Positions 27,907-37,839 are shown, numbered from the stretch's first letter. The stretch is DNA of 64,000 nt from Candidatus Latescibacterota bacterium (GCA_965200315.1 OZ241362.1:3648001-3712000); one strand, 5' to 3'. Numbers and translations: made by a program. Notes: generated from the letters alone by a model not told the origin.

Positions 27907-30900
27907 GGCTCTTAGCGTTTCTCGTCATCTGCTTGGCACCCTTGGCCGCAGCCCACGCTCAAAAGGGCCATCGCGTCACCAGTCGCTCCGTAGTGGTCAA
28001 TAGGGCCGCGCACTGGCACAATTGGCAGCTACCTATCCACGCGGTGAAGGTGTCGCCGGACGGCGTGGTCGAGCCGCACTTTTTCCGCGCACACTTCAAC
28101 TTGCTCGACGACTTGCAGACCTTCACCCGCCCCATCCCCGAGCTGCGTCGCCGCCGCAACCAGACCGCCATCCTCAACATCGACAGCACCCAGACCCGCG
28201 ACGTGAAAGGCGAGATCATCGCCGACCGCAAGGGCAATCCCATCTACTCCTATTTCTTTCGCCCGGGCATTAGCCGCGTCGGCTCGAATGCAGCCGCGGC
28301 CGCCAACATCCTCGACGCCGACCCAACCACCTTCTGGGAGCCCGACCCGCAGGCACCGATCGACGACTGGTGGATCGAAATAGACTTGGGCCGCGTCGTG
28401 GCGGTTGATTCCCTCGTCATCCACTTCGTCGAGGAAGAGTTGGGCGACCCCTTCTTCCAGTTCCGCGTCCTCGCCGCACCCGACCAAGAGCCGGTGCAGG
28501 AAAACGCCGACAAAATCACCTTTGAACGCATCGCCCACACCAAGGCCCCTAATCGCGACCAGCGCACCTTCCGCATTGGCCTCGAACAGCTCAATGCCGA
28601 CTCCGACTGGCAGGGCAAGATGGTGCAGACCATCCGCATCGTGGCCAGCGATACGCGCGGCGAGCACGGCGAGCGCATCGGCGAAGCGGAATGGCAGGCT
28701 TTGCCAGCCGACGAGCGCGGCGCAATCGTTCATTTCATCCGCGACGAACAGGGTTTTGAAGAGCCGGTGGAGCGCGCAGTCTATGAAAGCCTCGACCCCC
28801 AGCGCCAAGGCCGTTTGGATTACTACCGGCGCGAGCGGCCGCGCCTAGCCGGGATTGAGGTGTACGGGTTTGGCGACAACATCAGCAGCGGCTTGGTGGC
28901 CGGCGGCGGCCATCTCGACTTAACCGGCGATGGCTTTCTGCCGGGGCCGGCTTTTGACGCGGATTTCAACACCAGCTTCCTGCACCTCGTTTGGTCGCCA
29001 ACCATTGACCGCGGCGTACTCACCGTCGACATGGGCGCGTCGTTTTGGCTCGACGCCATGCGCATTTCCTCGGCCCGGCCCCAGCCCTTTATCGACGGCT
29101 ACTTGATCCGCGGATCCGATGGCTCGCGCGACACCCGCGGCAAGATCAAGTGGGTGCGCCTCAGCCCCCGCGCCCGCGAGGACAATAGCTCGGACCGCTT
29201 TGAACATATCGTCGATACCTATGCGCCTAGCCCCAAGCTCCGCTTTCTCGAAATGAGCATCATCTCGTCGGACCCGCGCCGCCGAGGCGGGTACAACACC
29301 GGGCCGACCATTGCCGAGTACCAGCTTTTTTCCACCGGCTATCCAGCGCAAGTGGAGCTGACTTCCGATCTGATCGCGCTGCCTGGAGTGCGCAACTTCG
29401 GGGCCATCACCTATGAGGCCGAGACCCCCCCGGGCACGACCGTCGCAATTCGCACCCGCACCGGCGACTTGCTGGGCAAGGCCATTCGCTACTTCGACAA
29501 AACGGGCAACGAAATCACTTATGACGCTTGGAAAAACCTGTTGGGCAGCTTCAAGGGGCCAGCCGACACCACCTTCGTGCCCACCAGCGGCTGGAGTCCT
29601 TGGAGCCGCGCCTACCAGCAACCCGGCGACATCGTCACCTCCCCCGGCCTGCGCAAATTCATGCAGTTCCAAGTCGAGATGATTACCACCGACCGCGAGG
29701 CCGCGGCCTCGATCCGCTCGCTCGCAGTTGAGTTGCTCAATCCCGTGGCCGAGCGCATCGCGGCCGAGCTGTGGCCGGCCTCGGTGGAGGTCGCCGGTGA
29801 GCGGGAGACCTTTGATGTCTTTGCTCAGCCCTACTTTATCGAGTCGCCTGCGGCCTCGCGCAGTGCTGGCTTCAACGAAATCCTGCTGACCATGCCGGCC
29901 TCGGAAGCCCTCGAGCTTTTGGAATTTGGCCTCGGTAGCCCAGACGGCGAAAAGGTCTTTCGCCCCGGGGCCGAGCGCGGCGTGTTCACGGCCAGCGACC
30001 AGACGCAGGCCGCGCTTTTGGCCAACGGCGGCGACTCGATCTGGGTGCGCCTAGACGATGCGCTCAACATCCTGCCCGCGGCCAGCCGCACGTACAATCG
30101 CATTACCCTTGAGGGCGAAGAGGTCCCCGTGACTCAAGACGGTTTGCCGCTTACGGCCGCGGCGTACGGCACCCTCGACGAAGACGAACGAGGAGCCATC
30201 CGCTACTTCCGCCGCAACGGCGAGCAAATCAGCGAGATCGACCAAACTAGCTACCGCGACCTGCCCGGCGAGGAGCAAGGCCCCGTCCGCTACTTCCGCA
30301 TTCTGCGCGGCGACGGAGCGCAGTTTCCTTTTGACGCGCACGGCGACTCGCTCGACTCGCGTACGTACAATCGCCTCTCGGCGAGCTTGCGCGGCATTGT
30401 CACCGGGCCGGGCCAGCGCTTCCGCTTGCGCCTTTCTGCGCCGGTCTTTCTCAACGGCACGACCTTGCGCCTGTTCGTGCGCCACGCCGCAAGCGCCGAC
30501 GCCGAGGTGGCGTGGCAGGCTGTTGAAGAAGGCAACGCCGATGAGGGCGTCGCCAGCAACACGCTGTCGGTCAACGTCCCCATCGACGGCGACCTCCTCC
30601 ATGGTCTCGCAGTCGGCCCCAATCCTTTTACCCCCAACGGCGACGGGATCAACGACGCGGCGGAAATCTCGCTGGATATCTTCAAGCTCACTTCCAGCCG
30701 TCGCCTCCAAGTGCGAATTTACACGCTCGATGGGCGACGGGTTTGGCAGCGCGAGGAAATGGTGCTGAGCGGCCGCACCACCGTGCGCTGGGACGGCGTT
30801 GATGACCGCGATCGCCGAGTGCCGCCCGGGCTGTATCTGTGCCAAGTCCAACTCGACGCCGACGCCGCACAACAGGCGACAACCCAAGCGCGGATTATCG

Positions 30901-30914
30901 CTGTGGCCTACTAG
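27903..30914 (+). CDS. Large secreted protein with discoidin-like domains and C-terminal FlgD-Ig/CHU_C-like domain
   Basis: Signal peptide, ILDADPTTFW...WWIEIDLGR (F5/8-C-like), C-terminal PNPFTPNGDGINDAA...IYTLDGRRV...WDGVD....VPPGLYL...IAVAY. Confidence 0.82.
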   Translation: MRLLAFLVICLAPLAAAHAQKGHRVTSRSVVVNRAAHWHNWQLPIHAVKVSPDGVVEPHFFRAHFNLLDDLQTFTRPIPELRRRRNQTAILNIDSTQTRDVKGEIIADRKGNPIYSYFFRPGISRVGSNAAAAANILDADPTTFWEPDPQAPIDDWWIEIDLGRVVAVDSLVIHFVEEELGDPFFQFRVLAAPDQEPVQENADKITFERIAHTKAPNRDQRTFRIGLEQLNADSDWQGKMVQTIRIVASDTRGEHGERIGEAEWQALPADERGAIVHFIRDEQGFEEPVERAVYESLDPQRQGRLDYYRRERPRLAGIEVYGFGDNISSGLVAGGGHLDLTGDGFLPGPAFDADFNTSFLHLVWSPTIDRGVLTVDMGASFWLDAMRISSARPQPFIDGYLIRGSDGSRDTRGKIKWVRLSPRAREDNSSDRFEHIVDTYAPSPKLRFLEMSIISSDPRRRGGYNTGPTIAEYQLFSTGYPAQVELTSDLIALPGVRNFGAITYEAETPPGTTVAIRTRTGDLLGKAIRYFDKTGNEITYDAWKNLLGSFKGPADTTFVPTSGWSPWSRAYQQPGDIVTSPGLRKFMQFQVEMITTDREAAASIRSLAVELLNPVAERIAAELWPASVEVAGERETFDVFAQPYFIESPAASRSAGFNEILLTMPASEALELLEFGLGSPDGEKVFRPGAERGVFTASDQTQAALLANGGDSIWVRLDDALNILPAASRTYNRITLEGEEVPVTQDGLPLTAAAYGTLDEDERGAIRYFRRNGEQISEIDQTSYRDLPGEEQGPVRYFRILRGDGAQFPFDAHGDSLDSRTYNRLSASLRGIVTGPGQRFRLRLSAPVFLNGTTLRLFVRHAASADAEVAWQAVEEGNADEGVASNTLSVNVPIDGDLLHGLAVGPNPFTPNGDGINDAAEISLDIFKLTSSRRLQVRIYTLDGRRVWQREEMVLSGRTTVRWDGVDDRDRRVPPGLYLCQVQLDADAAQQATTQARIIAVAY

Positions 30915-30951
30915 TTATTGCTGGAACACCTAGGGCCGATTACCATTGAGC

Positions 30952-31019
30952 ATTAGGAATTAGAGTTTGCCAATCAGCATGAATTAGGAGACGGTTGGGT
31001 ACATTCGTAATTCCTAATT
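30952..31019. repeat. Inverted heptamer (AATTAGG/CCTAATT) repeat cluster, intergenic
   Basis: attaggaattag...gaattagga...attcgtaattcctaatt. Confidence 0.5.
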
Positions 31020-31034
31020 GAAGGAGGGATTGCA

Positions 31035-33698
31035 GTGAACCGGAAATGGATGTTCTGGACGGCAATAGCCGTTTTGTGGCTCGGCAGTGCTGCTGCCGAA
31101 GCCCAAGAATACGGAGCGCGCATCGGCACCGTCAAAAAGGGCGGGGTGGTTTCCTTTGAGCCGCAGGGGCCGGGCGTCCTGTTCGGTGCCCTCGACCCGG
31201 CCAAGCGCCGGTGGTACGTGCCGCAGGAGCTTTTTAACGAATACCAGTGGCGTCAGTGGGAATACTCCAACTATGCCCGCGATCACTACCAGCGCTACGT
31301 CAGCGCCATCCGCGAAGGCGATTACTACTACGACCTCTACGGCAACCTCATCACCCGAGGCTGGCTGGTTTTCAACAACTCACAGACCCAACCCCGGCAG
31401 TTTGGCTCTTCGGTGCTGAAGTCCAGCAATTTCGATCGCTGGTTTAGCGGCGTGGTCATCTCGGCCGACTCCAAGGGCCAGCACCACTACGCCCTGACGG
31501 CCGGCACCAAGATTCGCTCGACCCTGACGCCGATGACCTTTTCCAAGCCGCGCTGGGACGGCATTCAATTCGACTACGCGGCCGACAAATACCAAGGCAC
31601 CCTGATCTACTCGCGCATCAGCCGCCCCGGCGGCACGTCGACCAACGATCAAGAGAGCTTGGTCACCAACGCCACATCCATGTTCGGCAGCCGCGCCACC
31701 GCGCAGGTGGGCGATTTCGCCACCGTGGGGCTGACCATGGTCAACGCCCACCAGTCCAACACCCTCATTGACGGCTTTACCGGCAACCCCTTCACCGGCG
31801 AGCTATCGGTCGATCAAAACCAGACCGTCTCGATCATCGAAGTCGTCTTGCGCGACGACAGCCCCGAGGACGGCGTCGGCGGCGCGGCCTTCTTCAGCGC
31901 CGGTTCGGACATCATCATCACTTATCTCGACGGCACGCAAGACAACGGCAAGGCCATTCGCTTTGAGCCGATCGTCGAGGGCGGCCTCGTGGGAGAAGGC
32001 TTCCTTTCGGCCGATGGCGTCGAGGAGATTCGCCTGCGCTACGACTTTGACAGCCCGGCCTTTGTCAACCGCGCTTCGGGCACCAAAGAAGAAATCAAAA
32101 AGGTCGAGTTTCGCCTCGTGCTGGGCAACGACTATCAGGTTTGGGTCACCTCCGACAGCCAGCTCAACGCCGGTGGCGAGTCCGTGCTCTTGCTCGTTGC
32201 CCAAGCCGAGGGCAATGTCCGAGACAACACCAATTTGCAGATCGTCAGTTTCGACTACGGCCTGCCGACTTCCACCCAGATCTGGGGAGCAACCCTAGAG
32301 CTGCAACAGGTCCTCGGCTTCGACTTCTACGGCGAGTACGACCTGAACTACAACTACACCAAGTACCCCAATGTAGTCGCCAAAACCCACACCACCTTCT
32401 CGGGCATCCGCGGCGACCGCGCCGCGGCCGCGTGGATGATGAACCTCTCGCGGGTCGCGTTTCCCTTCTTCTTCTTTGGCGAGGCATACAGCATGGACCC
32501 TCGCTATTCCACCCGCACGTTCACCGCGCAAGGCGATGGCTTTATCGACTACGAGGACGAACGCATCCACGTCGTCGAACTGGTCGAGGACAACGACGAC
32601 CAAGACGAATTTCCCGATACCGTGCGCAAGGACTGGCAGACCGGCGATCCGAGCGTCTTCCCCGGCTGGGACGAGAACAACGACTTCATCTCGGATTTCA
32701 ACCAGAACGACAACCGCTTCTTGAGCAACCTCATCCCAGACTACGAGGAGCCATTCCTGCGCCACAACGTCGATCGGCCCGAATTCCTCTTCGGCATCGA
32801 CCTGAACAACAACCTGTGGGTCGATCGCTTTGAAAACGACGAACTGCCCGACTATCCCTACAAGAGGGATCACCAAGGGTACAACGTTTACGGCGGCTTC
32901 CACTTCACCCCCGAGCTGCGGCTGATGGTCGGCGTCTTGCGCGAGGATCTCATTTCTTCCAACCAAAAAAACCACGCCAATTACGTCCTACTGACCCTCG
33001 ACCGCGACACCCCTGATTGGGGTCGCTTCCGCGTCTTTGAGATGCTCAAATCCACTACCGACGACATTCCCGACGACCTCTTGCAGTGGCTGCCCAACGC
33101 CAATATCCGCACCGGTGAACCAACCAAAGTCGAGGATCCTCTCATCGCGCGCGACGCTTGGATCAACAGCCTGTGGGTCGGCCACGACTACAAGCTGGGC
33201 GGCCTGCTGACGGCCAATTACCTCAAATACGACTTGTATCACCAGCGGCTCAGCGCCAATGAGCGCGCGCTGTTGGGCCTGCGCGAGCGCGATTTTTTCT
33301 TTGGCCTAATCAACAAAATCAGCTACCGCTTCGACTTTGGGCACCTGTGGCTGGAGCCGCGCTGGAAAAGCGAGTACCGCCGCCAGAGCCGCGACCTGAT
33401 TTCGGCTGATGAACGCACCGAACTGGCCGAGATAGGCGGCTTCGTCCTCGGTTTTCCCCTGCTCAGCCACACGACCCTGCTGAGCGGGCTAGAGATGACC
33501 TTCCTCAACGACATGAAGCGCGACTCCAACGACTTCAACGGCCTAGTCTGGGCCTTGCAGTTGTCCAATATCTCCGATTATCTCGGCTACAAAGTCACGA
33601 CCCACGCGGGCATGAAAATCGACCGCCGCCAGCCCCGAGGCGAGGACGCCGTGATTATCAATCAGATCTTTATTTCCATCTACGCGGGCTTGCAATAA
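31035..33698 (+). CDS. Large secreted or outer-membrane hypothetical protein with acidic Ca-binding-like region
   Basis: Signal peptide (AEA-Q), GGAGG RBS, DNDDQD/DENND/DLNNN motifs, amphipathic beta strands ending FISIYAGLQ. Confidence 0.75.
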   Translation: MNRKWMFWTAIAVLWLGSAAAEAQEYGARIGTVKKGGVVSFEPQGPGVLFGALDPAKRRWYVPQELFNEYQWRQWEYSNYARDHYQRYVSAIREGDYYYDLYGNLITRGWLVFNNSQTQPRQFGSSVLKSSNFDRWFSGVVISADSKGQHHYALTAGTKIRSTLTPMTFSKPRWDGIQFDYAADKYQGTLIYSRISRPGGTSTNDQESLVTNATSMFGSRATAQVGDFATVGLTMVNAHQSNTLIDGFTGNPFTGELSVDQNQTVSIIEVVLRDDSPEDGVGGAAFFSAGSDIIITYLDGTQDNGKAIRFEPIVEGGLVGEGFLSADGVEEIRLRYDFDSPAFVNRASGTKEEIKKVEFRLVLGNDYQVWVTSDSQLNAGGESVLLLVAQAEGNVRDNTNLQIVSFDYGLPTSTQIWGATLELQQVLGFDFYGEYDLNYNYTKYPNVVAKTHTTFSGIRGDRAAAAWMMNLSRVAFPFFFFGEAYSMDPRYSTRTFTAQGDGFIDYEDERIHVVELVEDNDDQDEFPDTVRKDWQTGDPSVFPGWDENNDFISDFNQNDNRFLSNLIPDYEEPFLRHNVDRPEFLFGIDLNNNLWVDRFENDELPDYPYKRDHQGYNVYGGFHFTPELRLMVGVLREDLISSNQKNHANYVLLTLDRDTPDWGRFRVFEMLKSTTDDIPDDLLQWLPNANIRTGEPTKVEDPLIARDAWINSLWVGHDYKLGGLLTANYLKYDLYHQRLSANERALLGLRERDFFFGLINKISYRFDFGHLWLEPRWKSEYRRQSRDLISADERTELAEIGGFVLGFPLLSHTTLLSGLEMTFLNDMKRDSNDFNGLVWALQLSNISDYLGYKVTTHAGMKIDRRQPRGEDAVIINQIFISIYAGLQ

Positions 33699-33711
33699 GC
33701 GTACAGCACCA

Positions 33712-35955
33712 ATGGCTAGACGCTGGATGTTTATGGGGGTGGTGGCCGTTTTCGCGCTCGCCTTCTCTGTGCGCCTGTACTACCTCCACGAAATACGCGT
33801 CAGCCCGCTTTTCACCGCGCCCGTCGTCGATGCCCGCACCTATACCGAGGAGGCTCGCTACCTCAGCGAAATCTCCTTTGCGGGTCGGCCCGCACCCTTT
33901 TGGCAACCGCCGCTCTACCCAGTTCTGCTCGGCGTCCTCTTTGCCTTCGCCGGAGACGACCTCTACCTGCCGCGACTCATCCAAGCCGTCATTGGCGCAC
34001 TCGTCTGCGTCCTCATCTGCCTGTTGGGATACCGGGGCTTTGGCGCGGGGGTCGGGCTCGGGGCGGGTTTTGCCGCAGCGTTATACGGTCCCCTCATCTA
34101 CTTTGGCGGCGAGTTGCTGCCAACCCTGCTGGCCTGTTGCCTCAACTTGCTCGTGCTGCTGCTCGCAGTCGGCACGGGCGGTTGGGCGCGCTGGCTAGCA
34201 GCCGGCGTGCTGCTGGGCCTGTCCGCGCTCGCCGTGGCCAACGTGCTGCTCTGTGCGCCGGTGCTGTTGGGCTATCTCTACTGGCGGCAGCGACAGCTTC
34301 GCCCGCCCGCTTTTCTGCTTTTGGGCTGCGCGCTGGTCATCGCGCCGGTCGCGTATCGCAACTGGGCGGTCGGCGGCGATAGCGTGCTCATCTCGCACAA
34401 CGCGGGCATCAACTTTTACATCGGCAACAACGCCGACTACGAACAAACGACCCGCATCCGCCCGGGACGGGATTGGGTCGAGCTGGTGGAAATGCCCGAG
34501 CGCCGCGCCGGCATTGAGCAGCCTTCGGCCAAGTCGCGCTATTTTTTTGCCCAATCTTGGCAATACATAACCTCCGAGCCGCTCGATTTCTTGGGCTTGC
34601 TGGCTTACAAGGGATATCTGTTCCTGCGCGGCGACGAAATCCCGCGCAATCGCGACCTCTACTTCGCCCGCAACGACTCCTCGCTTTTGTCGATCCTGCT
34701 GTGGAAAAAGGGGCTGGCGTTTCCCTTCGGCTTGGTCGCGCCGCTGGCTCTTTTGGGACTTTTTGTTTTTCTCCGTTCCCCCGAGCCTCCCGAGGGGCGC
34801 TTGCTGGTGCTCTTTGTGGTTTGCTATGCACTTTCCGTGGTTCTGTTTTTCGTCACCGCACGCTATCGCCTGCCAGCCGTGCCGGTGCTGTTGCTGTTTG
34901 CAGCTTATGGGGTACGCTTCCTGTGGCACCGGACTTCGGTGAGCTCAGTCGAGTCGTCGAAGCCTTGGCCCGCGTTCGCCGCGGTTGCCGCGCTCTTGAT
35001 CTTTTGCAATGTGGCCACGGGCGCGATGGACCGAGAGGGCAATGCCCACGAGCACTACTATCTCGGCTATGCCTACGAGCAACGGGACATGCCGGCCCAC
35101 GCTGCCCGCCACTACCGCCGCGCCATTGACCGCGACCCTACCTTCGCCGAACCACTCCTTGCACTCGCGGCACTCCACGGCGAGGCCGAGCGCTACGGCA
35201 AGGCCATCGACCTCTATCGGTGCTATCTTAAAACGCAGCCCCACGACGCGGACGTGCGCTTTCTCCTCGGCCACACCGCACTGCTCGCTCGGCGCTACGA
35301 CGAGGCTGCGGCCGCGTACGACGAGGTCGCAGCAGCGCGGCCCAATTGGGCGGCCGCGCACGGCGGCCTCGGCTACGCCCTCCTGATGGCAGACCAACCC
35401 CAACGCGCCGCCCGAGCTTATAGCCGTACGCTCGAACTAAACCCAGACTCGACGCTCGTGCGCTATCAACTGGCCCGCCTGTACGCGGAGCAGGGACAAA
35501 ACCGCGCGGCCATCGCCGAGTTTGAGCAACTCGTGCAGCGCGAGCCGCACGTATCCGAATATCCAACCCGCCTCGCCGACTTGCTCATCCAACTCGAACA
35601 AGGGACGGGCATGGCCCTCGGGCAGACCGCCCGACTAGCGGAAGCCGAAAAACTCTTGCGCCGCGCCATCGCGCTCGGCTCTAAGGCCGCGCATCCCCAT
35701 TGGAGCTTGGGTATGCTCTACGCCTGCCAAGGGCGCTATGCAGAGGCCGTGCCCCTGTTTGAGCACTTGCTCCAGATCGCTCCGCGCGACTTTCAAGCCC
35801 ATCTATTCCTCGGGCACCTCTACCAACGCAGCGGACGCCAAGCCGATGCGGACGCTCAATTCGCGGCCTTTAGCCGCAGCCAGCGCGCCTACCGCATGGA
35901 AAAAGTGGCACGTCGGGAAATGGAAGCCCAGATCGAACAAATTTTCGGCGGTTGA
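33712..35955 (+). CDS. GT39/PMT_2 (ArnT-like) glycosyltransferase with C-terminal TPRs
   Basis: VDARTY.EEA, PFWQPPLYP, NAGINFYIGNN, FFVTARYRLP, followed by multiple TPRs. Confidence 0.87.
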   Translation: MARRWMFMGVVAVFALAFSVRLYYLHEIRVSPLFTAPVVDARTYTEEARYLSEISFAGRPAPFWQPPLYPVLLGVLFAFAGDDLYLPRLIQAVIGALVCVLICLLGYRGFGAGVGLGAGFAAALYGPLIYFGGELLPTLLACCLNLLVLLLAVGTGGWARWLAAGVLLGLSALAVANVLLCAPVLLGYLYWRQRQLRPPAFLLLGCALVIAPVAYRNWAVGGDSVLISHNAGINFYIGNNADYEQTTRIRPGRDWVELVEMPERRAGIEQPSAKSRYFFAQSWQYITSEPLDFLGLLAYKGYLFLRGDEIPRNRDLYFARNDSSLLSILLWKKGLAFPFGLVAPLALLGLFVFLRSPEPPEGRLLVLFVVCYALSVVLFFVTARYRLPAVPVLLLFAAYGVRFLWHRTSVSSVESSKPWPAFAAVAALLIFCNVATGAMDREGNAHEHYYLGYAYEQRDMPAHAARHYRRAIDRDPTFAEPLLALAALHGEAERYGKAIDLYRCYLKTQPHDADVRFLLGHTALLARRYDEAAAAYDEVAAARPNWAAAHGGLGYALLMADQPQRAARAYSRTLELNPDSTLVRYQLARLYAEQGQNRAAIAEFEQLVQREPHVSEYPTRLADLLIQLEQGTGMALGQTARLAEAEKLLRRAIALGSKAAHPHWSLGMLYACQGRYAEAVPLFEHLLQIAPRDFQAHLFLGHLYQRSGRQADADAQFAAFSRSQRAYRMEKVARREMEAQIEQIFGG
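34932..34955 (-). repeat. 24-bp coding palindromic element, copy A4 (reverse orientation, read as TSVSSVES)
   Basis: gacttcggtgagctcagtcgagtc, reverse complement of A1 with 1 mismatch, followed by gtcg (CGAC on the minus strand). Confidence 0.9.
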
Positions 35956-36181
35956 TCCGCAGAAAGCGATTTCTCGATGCACAACGCGAGCCGCTGGGCC
36001 GTTTTCGGGCTGTTCTTTTTTTTGGAGCCTGCGCCTTCATCTATCAAATCACTTGGATGCGGCTCTTGATGCAGCAGCAAGTGACCGAGTGCGCCAAGCC
36101 CTCGCCGCTGATTCCACGGACGGACGCGTGTGGAACAACCTCGGCACGGCCTTTCTCAAGCAGCGGCAGTTCGCCGAGTAG
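35952..36181 (+). pseudogene. Remnant of a fused MFS/spermidine-synthase-like TPR gene (large internal deletion)
   Basis: AVLFFGACAFIYQITWMRLL, the typical first helix of this family, joined out of frame to a terminal TPR fragment ALAADSTDGRVWNNLGTAFLKQRQFAE. Confidence 0.6.
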
Positions 36182-36433
36182 ATGCCGGATCAACCGCCGC
36201 CGTCCTTCTGGGGTCAGGATCTCGGCCATGTCGCAGTCTAGTCTTACGCCGACGAATCCGACGAGTCCCTTGCTCAGTACGGCTTTGCTCCTCTTGGAGT
36301 GTTTCACCGCGTCTCCCAATAAACCCTTCCTAATGCTACGACTCACATCCTTAGAAGGGCCCCCCGCAACAAAAGCCACTTCGTTGATGGAAAGTTCGCG
36401 TTCTCCCAATGGTGTGATCTTCGCGTCATTCAT
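36178..36433 (-). pseudogene. Truncated antitoxin-like (DUF433-type N-terminus) gene
   Basis: LSINEVAFVAGGPSKDVSRSIRKGLL...LTPEGRRRLIRHL, then reads into the antisense of the TPR remnant. Good RBS (GAGGGGG). Confidence 0.45.
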
Positions 36434-36461
36434 ATTGCCCCCCTCTCGATCTCCAGCCGTT

Positions 36462-37839
36462 TTACCTTAGCTTGCGCTCTTCCTTTTCAATAATTTCCAG
36501 TTGCGCCTCTATTGCGGCGTAGTACTCGGTCAGCGGTTCCACGTTCATCAGCACATCAACACCTTGCTGCTGGCAGTTGGTGAATATAATCATACCACCT
36601 TCCGCCGGTTCCTCCACGTCCTGCACTGCTTCATCAAGGTCCGCATAGAAGGAGCGATAGTCTTTGCGCTCGGTCTTCAGTTTCCTAGACGCCATTCTGT
36701 AAAATGTGGTCTTTGCACTTGGAAATACCATTCGCTTGAAGAAGCCCTCCTCGGCGATACCCTCGGCCGCAACTGCTAGGTGCTGCTCAAAAAACGAGTC
36801 CATAGCACCTACGACATCATGGTATAGCTCTACAAATGCATCTCGAAACTCGGTAGCCAGATACTGAATATCCTCAATAGCTCGCCGAAGGTGGCGTTCC
36901 TTGAACCACCCGCTGATCCCCTTGCCAGTAAAGATGCCGACCAAACTACCTAGTACTGGTAGGACAACGGTTGATAGGCCACCGGGCACGGGTGCCAACG
37001 CTAGCCCCCAACCAAGACCAGCCGTGCTGCCGAGCCAACCACCCACACCGCTGGCAGCCGTGTCGAGCGCGGTATGTTCGGCCGCGGTCTTCATGTCTAT
37101 ATCGCCTTTGTGCAATTTATGGATATTCTTACCTGCGTTGATGACCAACGAAATGAAGGGGATGCTATCGATTCCATCTCCGAGGTCGGTAATCCCCTCA
37201 AAGGTATCTTCTGTGTAGTCAAACACTTCCTGAGACGAGAGTTCGGGAAGGACTACGACACGAGGATTATCGGGGAAGGCATCTGCCATTTCTCGATTTG
37301 TGATTACGTCAATATCTGGATGTTTGTCGAGGTGTTCTTGGATGTAGTAAGAGTTGTCTGTGATCTTAACATTATATGGTTTTCCTTCTACCATAAGGTC
37401 CAGTCCCTCGGCGGTGCCCGACTCTTGAATCTCGACGTTATAGCCGTACTCGCGAAGGTGCTCAGCCACCTTCGCCTCGCCGGTGTAGCCCTTGTATTTG
37501 TCAATCATCTGTCGCCAAGCTTTTTCCCCCGACTCGGACTTGATGATAAAACGTTTCATGAAGGCCATGAGATCGCCAAGATCGTCGAAGTCTTGTGCGT
37601 GGTGCAGATGGGCCATCCCCTTCAGAGCACTGGGATCCATTCGCATCGTGTTGTAGAGCACATCGAACGTGCTTACACCTGTCACGAAAGCTCCGTCCAC
37701 TCCTACATTCCCTTGCGACACGCTCCCGTAGCGAACCGTCAACTTGGAGCGTCTTGGTAAGAAAGGCCCGCTGGTGCCACCGACGAATGTATGAGACGAC
37801 GCCCACAACACCAGCTATCGAGATGAGTATGATTTCCAC
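36462..37839 (-). pseudogene. Membrane-anchored hypothetical protein with nuclease-like motif and glycine zipper, frameshift near 37710
   Basis: N-terminal TM MEIILISIAGVVGVVSY in one frame. The body (GNVGVDGAFV...GEAKVAEHL...GLDLMVEGKPYNVK...GVGGWLGSTAGLGWG) is in another frame. Confidence 0.6.
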
